In this document: piece after piece, positions 13,926-26,736 of the stretch | Layout of the letters: every line of letters starts with the position of its first letter | Position numbering within the stretch: position 1 is the first letter of the stretch | NCBI RefSeq assembly: GCF_006345805.1 | Contig: NC_043003.1 | Location: forward strand, 68,634,001 to 68,698,000 | Length of the DNA: 64,000 nt | Direction of reading: 5' to 3' | Source of the DNA: Octopus sinensis | Lineage: Eukaryota | The notes under the pieces: generated by a model | Told to the model about the DNA's origin: nothing | Database searches by the model: none | What the model saw: only the letters and a program-made list of their open reading frames with translations | Made by a program: the position numbers and the translations under genes

Positions 13926-13967
13926 ATTGGGTACTCACATACACAATCATATATATATATATATATA

Positions 13968-15166
13968 TCCGTAATAATGAAGGGTGAAATTAATTAATTT
14001 GGAATAATTATCAATTACACCAAGTAGTCTTCGGCATGTAAAAGCCTCATTCGAGGAAAATTTAAGTAATACTAAGCAATAAAGGGTTTAGCAACGAATT
14101 GCCTTACCACATACCGAATTTAGAAATAGCAGTCAAAGAGTTATAGCTATTTCTTCTTCTACTAAAAAGGGAGATCTCAGTAAAAACAGCAATTGGAAGG
14201 CAGACACAAACAGGTAAGAGAGAATGAATTGACGGCAATCTATCATACAATTTTAAGTTATCTACGGACGTACGTTTCGAAATCAAGTTTTTAGGAAAGC
14301 ATAAGAATTAAATATTAAATAATTCTATCTCACCAAAACTTCTTTTCTCTTCAGCGTAGAATACTATAATCATAAATGATTATATATTGAATTTTGAGAT
14401 ACTAGAAGGCACCAACTCAACTCAGTATCAGAGCTGAGGTAAGAGAGGTAAGAGAGAATGAATTGACGGCAATCTATTTAGTAGAAGAAATAGCTATAAC
14501 TCTTTGACTGCTATTTCTAAATTCGGTATGTGGTAAGGCAATTCGTTGCTAAACCCTTTATTGCTTAGTATTACTTAAATTTTCCTCGAATGAGGCTTTT
14601 ACATGCCGAAGACTACTTGGTGTAATTGATAATTATTCCAAATTAATTAATTTCACCCTTCATTATTACGGATAACCATATTTTATCTCAGTAGATGACC
14701 ACAGCATCTTGTTTTGGCTACACGCGGGTGGGAAGGGGCTGGTGACACAATCTTTTCATTCACACATTGAATTTGGTGATACTAGTTGCGGATTCTAGCT
14801 CGCTCTGATACTGAGTTGAGTTGGTGCCTTCTGGTATCTCAAAATTCAATATATAATCATTTATGATTATAGTATTCTACGCTGAAGAGAAAAGAAGTTT
14901 TGGTGAGATAGAATTATTTAATATTTAATTCTTATGCTTTCCTAAAAACTTGATTTCGAAACATACGTCCGTAGATAACTTAAAATTGTATGATAGATTG
15001 CCGTCAATTCATTCTCTCTTACCTGTTTGTGTCTGCCTTCCAATTGCTGTTTTTACTGAGATCTCCCTTTTTAGTAGAAGAAATAGCTATAACTCTTTGA
15101 CTGCTATTTCTAAATTCGGTATGTGGTAAGGCAATTCGTTGCTAAACCCTTTATTGCTTAGTATTA

Positions 15167-15170
<4 letters not shown>
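13968..15170. repeat. Young complex inverted-repeat element, probably a PLE pseudo-LTR derivative
   Basis: 13968-14166 is the reverse complement of 14477-14672; 14063-14434 is the reverse complement of 14802-15170; 14212-14242 is re-copied at 14446-14476; (TA)n on both flanks. The PLE link is inference. Confidence 0.85.
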
Positions 15171-15208
<38 letters not shown>

Positions 15209-15315
15209 CGTGTGTGTGTGTGTGGTGTGTGTGTGTGTGTGGTGTGTGTGTGTGTGTGTGTGTGTGTGTTGTGTGTGTGTGTGTAATATGAATATGTGAC
15301 AGTTATTCGGTTGCC

Positions 15316-15452
15316 ATAATAAAAGTCCGAGTTTAGGATGTCGAGGCGGAAATCTGCTCCGCCACCTCGTCAGTTATTAAGATGTCTTAATATCTGACGA
15401 GTTGCCGGAGCAGATTTCCGCCCCGCCATCTGAAATTGGGAGTTTTATTATA
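15316..15452. repeat. Short foldback (MITE-like palindrome)
   Basis: ataataaaa..gaggcggaaatctgctccg..ctcgtcag / ctgacgag..cggagcagatttccgcc..ttttattat. Confidence 0.72.
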
Positions 15453-15551
15453 CCAAACGCATAATTGCCACATATCATATATTATAGATAATTTCCTCCA
15501 TTTACATTATATCGCGGTCTCCTTCATTCTTTTGTTGTTATACTATTACTG

Positions 15552-15638
<87 letters not shown>

Positions 15639-15644
<6 letters not shown>

Positions 15645-15776
15645 AAGGAGCTTCTACAGGACTAGAACTGTTTCAGATGAAATCTTCAGGAAGCTCTTTA
15701 TAGAATCTCTTCTGAATCTTCCTGAAGATTTCATCTGAATGAAACAGTTCTAGTCCTATAGAAGCTTCTTCTATAA
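15639..15776. repeat. Foldback with hammerhead-like arms
   Basis: About 55-bp inverted arms; each reads outward as CUUC-CUGAAGA...GAAA-CAG-uucuaguc-CU(G/A)-UA-GAAG. Confidence 0.75.
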
Positions 15777-15848
15777 AATAAATTACTTTACTCTGCTATG
15801 TATTGAGTACCTTATTTACTGTGGTTAACGCCGACTCACCCCGGGACC

Positions 15849-15909
<61 letters not shown>

Positions 15910-16119
15910 TATATATACATGCATACATACTACATACATACATACATACATATATGCGTACACACACATGCATGCATATACATACATACATACATACATA
16001 CATACATACATACATACATACATACATACATACATACATACATACATACATACATACATACGTATATCAGTTTGTACGTATTCATGTTGCTGTATCAACT
16101 TGTCCTGTCCATCAGTCAG

Positions 16120-16470
16120 AAAGAGGTCAAACTATCGACCAGTCCTTTACCATAGCCATGAATTGTGGATAGTCAAAAAATGTATATACCGGTCCTCCAC
16201 AAAGTTCGACATTATCTAGCTTTCTAACGATATTGTTTGTGAACATTACACTAAAGATATCTCATCTAGGTGTATATATTTTGCATGGTCAGCACGCTGT
16301 TGTATGGCAAAATAATGGGATCAATGTGTTTCGCCAACGGAACCTGACAAGAATTTTGCACATAAATTCGACTGGACGATTCACAAACAATGACACGCAT
16401 GCCGATATGCAGCCCTATCACTTATTCTTCCAAAAACGAGCCTTCATTAAAACTGTGTATACCACGAACT
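16120..16470 (+). mobile_element. Heavily decayed RTE-like fragment
   Basis: Peptides RPVLYHSHELW and INVFRQRNLTRILHINSTGRFTNND resemble the RTE post-RT region (VLLY.SE.W; LRRIL.I.W.DR..N). Confidence 0.4.
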
Positions 16471-18054
16471 ATAGTTTCAGAATTCGGGGCCCAGTACTTG
16501 ATATTCCTGATATTATTAAGAAATTATTTTTCCTAGTTTCTCTCACTTTCGCCCAATCGTAATATGTCTAAATGCATCACTCACAGATTTTAAGCGAGTA
16601 CCACCTTTGTATGAAATATATTGAATTGTCTTGCAATTTAATTGAATCGCTTTAACGTTTCTCTCAAATATCCGTGGCCGTTAGCTTAAATGCTGTGTAT
16701 TTCACCTCTGTAGAATACTTTTACGAGTATGCGTGCAACAAGAGATGGACAATTATATCACAGATCACAGAATTGTCAAGAAAAGCTGCCAAATTTTGAA
16801 ATTTCCCTTTTTCAAATAGGGAAGGTGTAGACTCCATAACATAAAGCTGGATGCAACATTGCTGGGGAAATAACAGGAATCTCACGAACAGAACGTTTTT
16901 AATCATACGTCATCTGCATCAGAACTACTTCTGGGATCAATAACAACGAAAGCAACTTTATTAGTTGTAAAGCTATGAGAAGATTAACGTCACTGAATTT
17001 TTAAACTAATTATATTTATAGATTTAATTAAATAGATTCAATGAAAAATTGAAATTATGTTACAAAATTTCTCGTCATATATCATTTTGTATTATACCTG
17101 TTGCTATTTATATGTTAAACATTTATTACATGAAAGGTATTTTATAATAGCTCACGTTACCTCGACCATTCAACATGCATTGATTAAAGAAATCGAAAAC
17201 CTCTTTTATACTGAATACAAAACTTTGAAATTAAATTAGCCTATCTGATTATTTCCTCTACCGTCTCCTTTCATACGGCATTTATTTTAAATTTCCGGTC
17301 ATCTATCATATGTATCCATAAAGAGAGGTAATTATATTCGTCGGATTCTTTATTATGTTCTAATATTAATATCAGTGAATAGCATTTTATATTTAAAATG
17401 CTGATCAACTGACTTGATTTTTCACTTCTTTTGATTGAATCTTACATCCATATCGACTTATCTTAATACCAATCTCAACATCGCAATTCTTTGCTATGGT
17501 AGTCACTTTATATTCAACGTCAATTCTCCCACGCCTGTTATGGTTGTGTGAAATGTTTGTTGTGGATTACGTCTGAAGAACAGTGACAATTATTAGTTAG
17601 AAAATCTCTTTTGGCATTCACTTCTTTGGGTTTCTTTGGCTTCTTTTCATGTCACGAGTCTCTGAATGCCGGAAACTTAACACGCGCCTTTTCTTTCCGC
17701 CTTTGACGTAGTGTTAAAAATGTGTGACACGGTGTTAATTTGGAATATTACAGTGAGTCAGAATGAGATTTTTTCCCGGTTAAATACCATGTTTTGCTTT
17801 ACAAATAATCCATATTCAAAAGTGTATGTTCTCCGCATTAAGCATTGGATTCTGATAAATATGTTCCACACAAAGAAGAATCAACTGAAGCTTCCTGCAA
17901 AAATCTAAATTTAAAATTATGTTTATAGGTGCGATCCCATGGTCATATGACATCTGATGAAGTGTAGGTTTGAAGATTAATTTGTAAATGGAGTTAGATA
18001 AGATGAAACTGTACGGAAGGTTGTATACAAATTCAATAAAGGTCACTAAAGTAG

Positions 18055-18437
18055 TCGGAGCACTCCGTCGGTTGCGACGATGAGGGTCCCAGCTGATACG
18101 ATCAACGGAACAGCTTGCTCGTGATATTAACGTGCAAGTGGCTGAGCACTCCACAGACACGTGTACCCTTAACGTAGTTCTCGGGGATATCCAGCGTGAC
18201 ACAGAGTGTGACAGGGCTGGCCCTTTGAAATACAGGTACAAGAGAAACAGGAAGAAAGAGCGAGAGAAGGCTGTGGTGAAAGAATACAGCAGGGTTCACC
18301 ACCACCCCCTGCCGGAGCATCGTGGAGCTTTAGGTGTTTTCGCTCAACAAACACTCACAATGTCCGGTCTGGGAATCGAAACCGCGATCCTCCGACCGCG
18401 AGTCCGCTGCCCTAACCACTGGGCCATTGCGCCTCCA
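18055..18437 (-). mobile_element. tRNA-derived SINE family C (my label)
   Basis: Minus-strand head ggaggcgcaatggcccagtggttagggcagcggactcgcggtcggaggatcgcggtttcgattccc, with A box TGGCCCAGTGG and B-box-like GTTTCGATTCC; about 380-bp body. Confidence 0.8.
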
Positions 18438-18689
18438 CAAAGATCACTAAAACCCTATGTGCAGATGCAATGCCAGCTGCATCAGAAGAAAATTTTAAAG
18501 TGTAGCATAAAATTGTGCAACAGTTGCCATAGCTACAAACGTAAGTAAGCCATGCACACCCACACGCAAGACCACCGCAAATAATAGACCCAGAAATGCC
18601 ATTTTCCCCCTGTTAATCATCACGCCCGCCAATTATACTGCTAATTATTAGAGCCTCTTTTCAAACGCAAAATTGAGTTCCCGTGGTAT

Positions 18690-19010
18690 CATTCTGCATG
18701 CAATCAAACAATACGAATTGCACTTACAGAAACACTTGTGCCTGGATACATAAATGCGGTGATACAAATACCAATGTAGGCTGTGTTCCGAATAGTCACA
18801 AGAGAAAAAGTTGTGAAATAGCTATGTACATCACTGGAGATGTCACACCATTATTCCTGCTGTCACATTCAAACTCTGTTTATGTTACACCCCCAATACA
18901 TTTAAAGCAACTTGATGTGGTAATATGCACATTATCTCATCTACCCGATGCACTCAAATCACAATGGCAAATTTGAGGAAGGTGTTAAAAGACAAACGAA
19001 GTGCTAACGA
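18690..19010 (+). pseudogene. Possible ghost of an LTR-retrotransposon integrase core
   Basis: Across frames: VTREKVVK*L, LLSHSNSVY..LKQLDVVICTLS and HSNHNGKFEEGVK loosely recall TS..VI..L / SDNGPQ / HPQSNG..E..VK. Weak. Confidence 0.3.
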
Positions 19011-19597
19011 AACTAGATCTCTGCATTAATGTACGGATGGGTTAATTTGAACTTCCCTTATATCAGATAGCTGGCTGGTGGCATAATCTCAGGACTGACA
19101 TAGAAAGAGCGCAGTCAAGCAGAATCTGCATTTGACCTCATGAAAATTATATCGAAACAGCATGATTGAAAGTTACTTTGGGAGTTGTTACTTATTACAC
19201 TGCACATTACTCAAGAACTGAACAGTGGGGTGATCTAACCAGAGTGGTCTGTTATTCTAAGATAACTTTGAGTTCTAGCCACAAAGTTTTTAGGCGTCCC
19301 CAGATTTCTACGATTCTAATGATGGATATTTTGATGTTACGCTAGTTGTGGCTTATTTTATTATTTTTCCAGGGTACACATATCCTCTAGTCAAGCTTGG
19401 CAATTGTTCGAAGTCACCATAAAAAAACGTTTTTCGGTCCCATATTGAATCAATCTTAACTTATACATTTATGAAAATTTAATTTAATATTTCCTACACC
19501 CACCCACATACACACGAATGCGCATATAAATATATATGGATAGATATACGTGTTTATATATAATGTATATGTGTATATGTATGTATGCATGCATGTA

Positions 19598-19628
<31 letters not shown>

Positions 19629-19740
19629 CTCTGTATATATATATGTAGACATATATATGTATATATATTTATATAACTCTCATTGTATACTACACATATT
19701 GATATATAAACTTCTATATGTTACACAGATGCACATATAC

Positions 19741-19791
<51 letters not shown>

Positions 19792-21454
19792 ATATATAGT
19801 ATATATATACATAAATGTGTGTGTGTGTATGTGTGTGTGTCTGTGTGTATATGAAATATTCATACACGCACACACGTACATATAAATGGATATAGACATA
19901 GACACATATACACACGGCTTTCATATTTTACACGATTCAGTCGATACTTGTATAATGCTTTCTCCGAATCTAATATATCGATTGAATAAGAAAGAGAAAA
20001 AGAATAAACTGAACACAATCGACTACTTCCTGATTCCAATTCAGAAACTATAGCGATGCATCTAAATATAACATATATAAAACAAACAATGCAGGATCAA
20101 ACACATTCAATAATCAGATATTGAACTACTAATCAAATATATAAAACAATATCAAACGCCGCTTTCTCTTTTTTCAGAGCAAAATGGCCAGTCGCTTTTT
20201 TTATGTGAAGCAACGAAACGAAAACAACATTTAAACAAAACTAACGAAACATTAAACTCCCCAGCGTTGTAACAGGAAAAGATAAAGTCGGTCTTTGAGT
20301 TGTAGCTGTATTTAATTTGTATTTAATCGTCCTAATTGAAAGTCATCTGTCGTCTGGAGGAAAGTAAATTCGATGTAAATTAATTACAAATGAAGAACAA
20401 ATATCAAGTAAAAGATGAAAATATCAGAAAATTTTACCAATGTATTCTTGGTTGTTTTGCCACAAAAAAGGAACGAGAAGACTTATGTCATTTATATTCT
20501 TTTGATACTAGAATGGCGCGAAGAATGAAATATCGCGAAAAAAAATATAACGACTATAAAATTTACGAGAAAAAGCTGAAATGTTATAAATTGAAATATA
20601 AAAAGACAATGTAGTTGAACAAAATCTAATCAAAGAACCAGTATTCGGAAGATGTTGGAAATAATAAACACTAGATGTTGGAAATGAATCTGGTTGTTAT
20701 CAAAACGAGATAGAAAGAAGAAGAGAAGAAAAGAGAGACAGAGAAAAAAGTAAGAAAGTAAGAGTAGTGGATGAGAGAAAGGTAATTTGAGATATTGTAA
20801 AGACAATGAATGATAAATCGGGAAAGAAATGGAATCAATTTCTGATTGACAATAAAGCTTGAGGCTGGGAGAGAAGCAAAGAAGAAAAAAACCCATAAAA
20901 ATGAATAAGGGTGATTGGTGATTGATTAGAAAAGAGGAAGACATTAAGAAATTGAATGAGAAACAGAAAAAAAATGGATATATAAGATTAGACATACCAG
21001 AGTAAGAAGAAGAAGGAGAGAGTGGGATGTGAATGCGCATTGCCTACATATATATATATAAGTGTACTTATATGTGTGTGCGTGTGTGTGTGTGTGAGTG
21101 TACGTATGTATGTATGTATGTATGTAGGTATGTATGTGAGTGTGTGTGTGTTTATGTGTGTGTGTGTGGAGAAAGGGAGAGGGACATAGAGAAATAGAAA
21201 GATCGATAGATCAATCGGCTGATTGATTGATATACATACCCGCAAGCCAGTATATAGCTCGGTAGAATGAACCATGCTCTTGGTTATTGCTTCAGCTGCC
21301 TGGATTGATTGTGAACTTATCTCGTCTTGATGTCTTTCTTTTGTCTTTCCTAATTTATATTTTGTTCTTCGTTTCGCATTACACTCAGATATACACACAC
21401 TCAGGCGCACACACACACACACACGCGGACGCGCGCGTGGGTGTGTCTTTGTAT

Positions 21455-21526
21455 AAATATATGTATATACATACTTATATATATATATATATATATATAC
21501 ATACATATATATTCATATATATATGT

Positions 21527-21567
<41 letters not shown>

Positions 21568-21632
21568 TATATATATATATACGTATATGTATATACATAC
21601 TTATTAATATATATATTACATATATATATAAC

Positions 21633-21713
<81 letters not shown>

Positions 21714-21728
21714 CATATATGTTATATA

Positions 21729-21768
<40 letters not shown>

Positions 21769-22040
21769 CATACTTATTATATATATATACTATATATACA
21801 TATACATATATATATTATATATATATACATATATATACATATACATATATATATATATATATAATATACATATATATATACATATATATTATATATATAT
21901 ATGTTATATATATTATATATATATGTATATACATACTTATATATAGATATATATATATATATATATATATACGTGCATACATACAAACATACATCAGTGT
22001 GAGTGTAAATATAATATGAATTATATACATGTATATATAT
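21455..22040. repeat. Long degenerate (TA)n tract
   Basis: Direct reading. Confidence 0.95.
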
Positions 22041-22114
22041 GTAAAAATGCATTAATAATAGGAAGTCGAGTTCCTCAGAATTAAATGTGGTTTCTTCATT
22101 CATGTATTAACACA

Positions 22115-22512
22115 GCAGGAGTGGCAGTATGGTGAGTAGCTTGTTTACCAATCACATGGTTCCGTGTTCATTCCCACTGCGTGGCACCTTGGGCAAGTGT
22201 CTTCTACTATATAGCCTCGGGCCGACCAAAACCCTGTGAGTGGATTTGGTAGACGGAAACTGCAAGAAGCCCGTCGTATATATATGCACATATATATGCA
22301 TGCGTGTGTATATGTTTCTGTGTCTGTGTTTGTCCTCCCAACATCGCTTGACAACCGATGCTGGTGTGTTTACGTCCCCCGTAATTTAGCGGTTCGGCAA
22401 AAGCGTCCGATAGAGTAAGTACTGGACTTCCAAAGAATATGTCCTGAGGTCGATTTGCTCGACTAAAGGCGGTGCTCCAGCATAGCCGCCATCAAATGAC
22501 TAAGACAAGTAG
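22115..22512 (+). mobile_element. tRNA-derived SINE family B (my label), full length
   Basis: Head gcaggagtggc..tggt.agtagcttg..accaa.cacatggttcc, internal (TA/TG)n, 3' end ggcggtgctccagcat..ccgc..tcaaatgact; colinear with 51516-51906. Confidence 0.85.
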
Positions 22513-23744
22513 AAGTGTAAAAAAGTATACAAAGATAACTGTTTGTAAATGTGTATGTTTTCTACTATACTTCGCCGTTGTTTGTGTATACGTCTATTTG
22601 AAGTTATTCCTGCAGTGTGTATGTGTATGTGATTGACATATCTGCGAAAAAAAAACGCCTTTCACAATACATAAATTTTATACATTTTACAGAATGAACT
22701 CGATATGCTGTCGTTTCTCTACACCCAAAGAGAATTGATTCCAATATCATAAAAATTTCAACTTTATTTTTACATCTCATATCCTACGTCTGTCCTCCAG
22801 GGTATGTGTCTATCTTTCATTCAGTTCGAATTTGTTTCGTGTTGGAACACGATTAATCAATGATCTGCGTGTGTTTAGGTACAAGAGAATTTATACACCA
22901 AGCTTCTAGAAATAAAACTGTTGCTCAATATATAAGACATATTCTTATCTTAAAATATATACTTTGACCTTTTTTTAACTTCACTCGGTTTGCATTATAT
23001 TTACATATTTATTTAAGTCCCAAGCCTATTTATTACTAGAGACTGCTCTGAGAATATATTTACGTTTTATATAGCGTGGTACTGATATACACATGTGTAT
23101 GTGTATGCATTTACATATATATACATATGTGAGATATCTGTACGAGTGCTTATATCTATAGTTTATGCACTTGTGTATAATATTTATGACACTTCCTATT
23201 GTAAATCATGGCGATATATATTTTATATTTGGAATATTTTGCAACACGCCAGTGAGTTACTGTACATAATATAAATAAATGTAAGTGTTGCCATCTTTGT
23301 GTTATACGAATACAGTAATTGTTATTATATTTTTACTGCTTTCTATCATATAGATATTGATGATGGTCTTAGATTTTATATACGAATTTGTTGTTATATA
23401 TTTATTTTCCTCCAAAACTTCCCCAAACAATACTGTCGCATATCATATCCGGGTGGCATCAATAAAAGCTAAAACGTTTCTAAAGAAGGTTCTTATAAGG
23501 AAATATTAAACATTATTGACTTTTATTATAGCATCGATTTTCATACATTTTATCATAGCAGTCTGCGTTTTGATAAAGTATTTGTTAGGATTGTGTTTTA
23601 GTGCTATTATTTGTGAATACTGGGATAGCTATAGGCAATAAGCATTTTGAAAATCCTTACGTATTACATATAACGTGGTGTCGCTCAGTTTAAGGTTACA
23701 AGTATATGGATAAATAAAGTTAATCACCACGACAATATGGCTGG

Positions 23745-23929
23745 TCGACGTTACTACCGTTTTAACACCGGGCGGATCCAGCTGCACCCTGTATATATTG
23801 CAAGCAGGGAAGCGAACCCCTACCGTTCTCCAGCAGATTCTCCCCTGCTTCTAATATATAGAGGGTGTAGCTGAACCTATAACCAGCTGGTGGAAGATCT
23901 GCCTGGGGTTAAAACGGTACTAACATCGA
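23745..23929. mobile_element. 185-bp foldback/MITE with nested inverted repeats
   Basis: Outer IR tcgacgttactaccgttttaacaccgggcggatc / gatctgcctggggttaaaacggtactaacatcga; inner IR cagctgcaccctgtatatattgcaagcaggg / ccctgcttctaatatatagagggtgtagctg. Confidence 0.75.
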
Positions 23930-24793
23930 ACATTGATGTGGCGATTAACTTTATTTGTTAGTATAGCTACTTCTCTCATCTCTTATCGAGATTTCGTAAC
24001 TGACTACTTTGCTAGTATATGGATCATTAACTATTAATTAATACCGGTTATTAAAGCCTGATATACGCTAGATATAATGAATAACATATTTACTCCTTTC
24101 AATTGTGTAATTATATAAGCGAATTGCAATTAGCATAATGAAGTTATGTATAGTATTAATAAACCCACAGAAATGAACATCATTTAAAGACCATTCTACG
24201 AAAAACGATTTTGATATTAATATTCATTATTTTAATTTCCCAAGATATTAATAACCATGTGATTATATCATCTGAACTTTATCCTTAGAGAGGTGATTGA
24301 CAATTGTCCAACCTCATACCATGAAATAGACGCTTCGAGGTTTCACTTGCTTACGGTGTTTCCTCAGCAACTGTAGGATACCATGCTGATGTATCCTGAA
24401 AGAAACACGTGACTATTTTATCTTCTTCGGTGAGAGCAACTGTGCGGATAGTGAAAAGTAGGGGCCAGATATTTTCGGCGTCCGTCGATAATGAAGGAGA
24501 AAACGAACGATGCCGGTATTTCGCTTGATGTTCGATAGAAGTATTACATCCATATTAAATTCAATACCAAAACTTCAACGGAACTACTTTGGGCTTACAG
24601 GATGCGTTTCACCAAAAGTTTGCGGTCCTTCCCGCAAGCAAATTAAATAAAATTTGCGGAGGGTTAAAAGCGGTAAAAATACAGGACAGTAAAAACAATA
24701 CAAGACAGTAAAAATACAAATAAAAACAGTAAACGACATGACAAGTAGAATAACAGTAATACGAACGTTAAGGGTCCATATATATATATATAT

Positions 24794-26204
24794 GAGAAAA
24801 CCCTTCTAGTATCATTCGACGTAGTTAATCTTTATTCTAACATCCCTCACAACCTAGGAATAGAAGCGATCACCTTCTGGCTGAATAACTACCCCTTTCA
24901 ACTCCCAACTCGCATAAACAAAGACCTTATAATAGAAGGACTTAGATTTATTTTAGAAAACAATTACTTTATTTTTGACAATAATTTCTACAGACAAAGA
25001 TCGGGAACAGCGATGGGCACGCGTACTGCACCATCTTTTGCCAACCTAGTGATGGGATACCTCGAGAAAATACTCTACCAGATAACATTCGAGAAATTTG
25101 GAAACACCTTCTCCACCTATATCCAGAACAACTGGAAAAGATACCTCGATGACTGTTTCATCATCTGGGACAAAAGTATAGAGAAACTTGAGGAATTTAA
25201 AATACTATTAAATGTAATAAATGATAATATACAATTCACGATGGATCATAACGAAGAAGAATTACCATTTTTAGACATCCTCATTAAGAAAACCGGCAAC
25301 AAAATAGAGACAGATATCTACTATAACCGACAGACTCCAAACAATACCTACCTTTGATTCATGCCACCCACGACACACTAGAATAAATGTCCCTTTTTGT
25401 TTAGCTAGAAGGATCTGCACCATAATATCAGACACAAACACCCGACACACACGTCTCCAGGAACTTAGAACCACACTCACAAATAGAAACTATCCACAGC
25501 CCCTAATAGACAGTGCAATCCAAAGGGCACTCAAATTAAGTATAGAAGACCTGAGACAAACAAAACCAAAAAAGAAAGAACAATTAAAAACCCTTCCCTA
25601 CATCTCTACACACAACCCACTCAACAATGAGGTCTTCAGCACCATACTACAAAGCACAGCCCTACTAAAGGGAGACCCAAAGATGAACCGGATCCTCGAA
25701 ACACACACCATCATTAAAAGTAAACGGCAACCAAAATGCTTGAAAATGATTTTAACCCAAGCTAAACTGCACTCCACATCAACCACAAAACTAGCAGTTA
25801 CAAAATGTGGAAGGCCCAACTGCGGAATATGTGTCATCTTGATAGAAGGTTCAGAATTTATACTAGAACAAGGCCATCAGTTCACCATTAGAGCAAACTT
25901 CACCTGCGCATCAGAAAACTTAATTTACGTCATAACATGCGCAGGCTGCAATAGGTAGTATATAGGCCATACAAAAAATAGCTTACGTAACAGGATGGCG
26001 GTGCATAAATCACAAATTAGAAACCCTGAATACCGGAAAATACCGGTCAGCGGACACATAGATAGATGTGCTGGAAATGTAAATCCGAAATTTACAACTT
26101 ACCCGCTTTATAAATTCAGTGACAACGTAACCTTCACGCAACGCCAAAATAAAGAACTGTATTTCATCAAAAAATTTAGACCAATTTTGAACACCCTGGG
26201 CTAG
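24794..26204 (+). pseudogene. PLE reverse transcriptase / GIY-YIG endonuclease (Neptune-like Cys linker)
   Basis: LVSFDVVNLYSNIPH, QRSGTAMGTRTAPSFANL, RYLDDCF, PFLDILI, linker CGRPNCGIC, NLIYVITCAGCNR*YIGHT, KELYFIKKFRPILN. Two 1-nt deletions near 25326 and 25352 and a TAG at 25956-25958. Confidence 0.92.
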
Positions 26205-26457
26205 AAATATTAAAACAAAAGATTGGTCCTCCGAAAAGGAGAAGCGAAATTCCACCACGACCGCTGCCTTAAACAGTCACTCACACTGACAGAAATATGT
26301 CTTAGGGAAAGGGAAAAAAAATTATAAAAAATCTCTACGAGCAGATCTAATCCTGATTCGTCAAGAAACTGATGACGTATTGCCTCTGTAGGAAAGCTAT
26401 TGTCACCCTGCTTGGTCGGTTTCCACATACGATACAGCTAAGGGTCAGACCCGATTC

Positions 26458-26736
26458 TGATTGGTCAAAACATTGATGACGTCTCGTTCTGCTGGACTAG
26501 CCACCTAACGGGATGATCGGTCAAAACAGTGATGACGTCTCGTTCCGCTGGACTAGCCACCTAACAGGATACATACATGGGTCAGATCTAATACAGCTAT
26601 AGGTCAGACCCGATTCTGATTGGTCAAAACATTGATGACGTCCCGTTCTGCTGGACTAGCCACCTAACGAGATGATTAGTCAAAACTTTGATGACGTCTC
26701 GTTCCGCTGGACTAGCCACCTAACAGTGATATAAAA
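26458..26736 (+). promoter_or_regulatory. Putative pLTR promoter: four 56-bp units with CRE-like/CCAAT motifs upstream of TATAAAA
   Basis: Units start at 26458, 26514, 26617, 26673; each has TGACGT; units 1 and 3 have ATTGG (reverse CCAAT); TATAAAA at 26730-26736. Confidence 0.5.

Noticed and set aside
17965-18030. CTGATGA...GAAAC as a hammerhead
   Set aside because: No stem II complementarity; a chance match in AT-rich DNA.
24260-24600. Possible exon or pogo DDE remnant (VIDNCPT..; minus-strand 67-codon open stretch)
   Set aside because: Only a 4-residue resemblance to DNCPAH, with stops nearby and no supporting motifs or splice context.
25956-25958. In-frame stop in the PLE endonuclease as programmed selenocysteine recoding
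   Set aside because: The codon is TAG, not TGA, and lies at a variable position; simple mutation is more likely.
26369-26410. CTGATGA...GAAA as a hammerhead
   Set aside because: The intervening sequence cannot form stem II and no stem I is evident.
26458-26725. Regularly spaced repeats as a CRISPR array
   Set aside because: The units are contiguous tandem copies without unique spacers, lie inside a PLE tail in eukaryotic DNA, and have no cas genes nearby.
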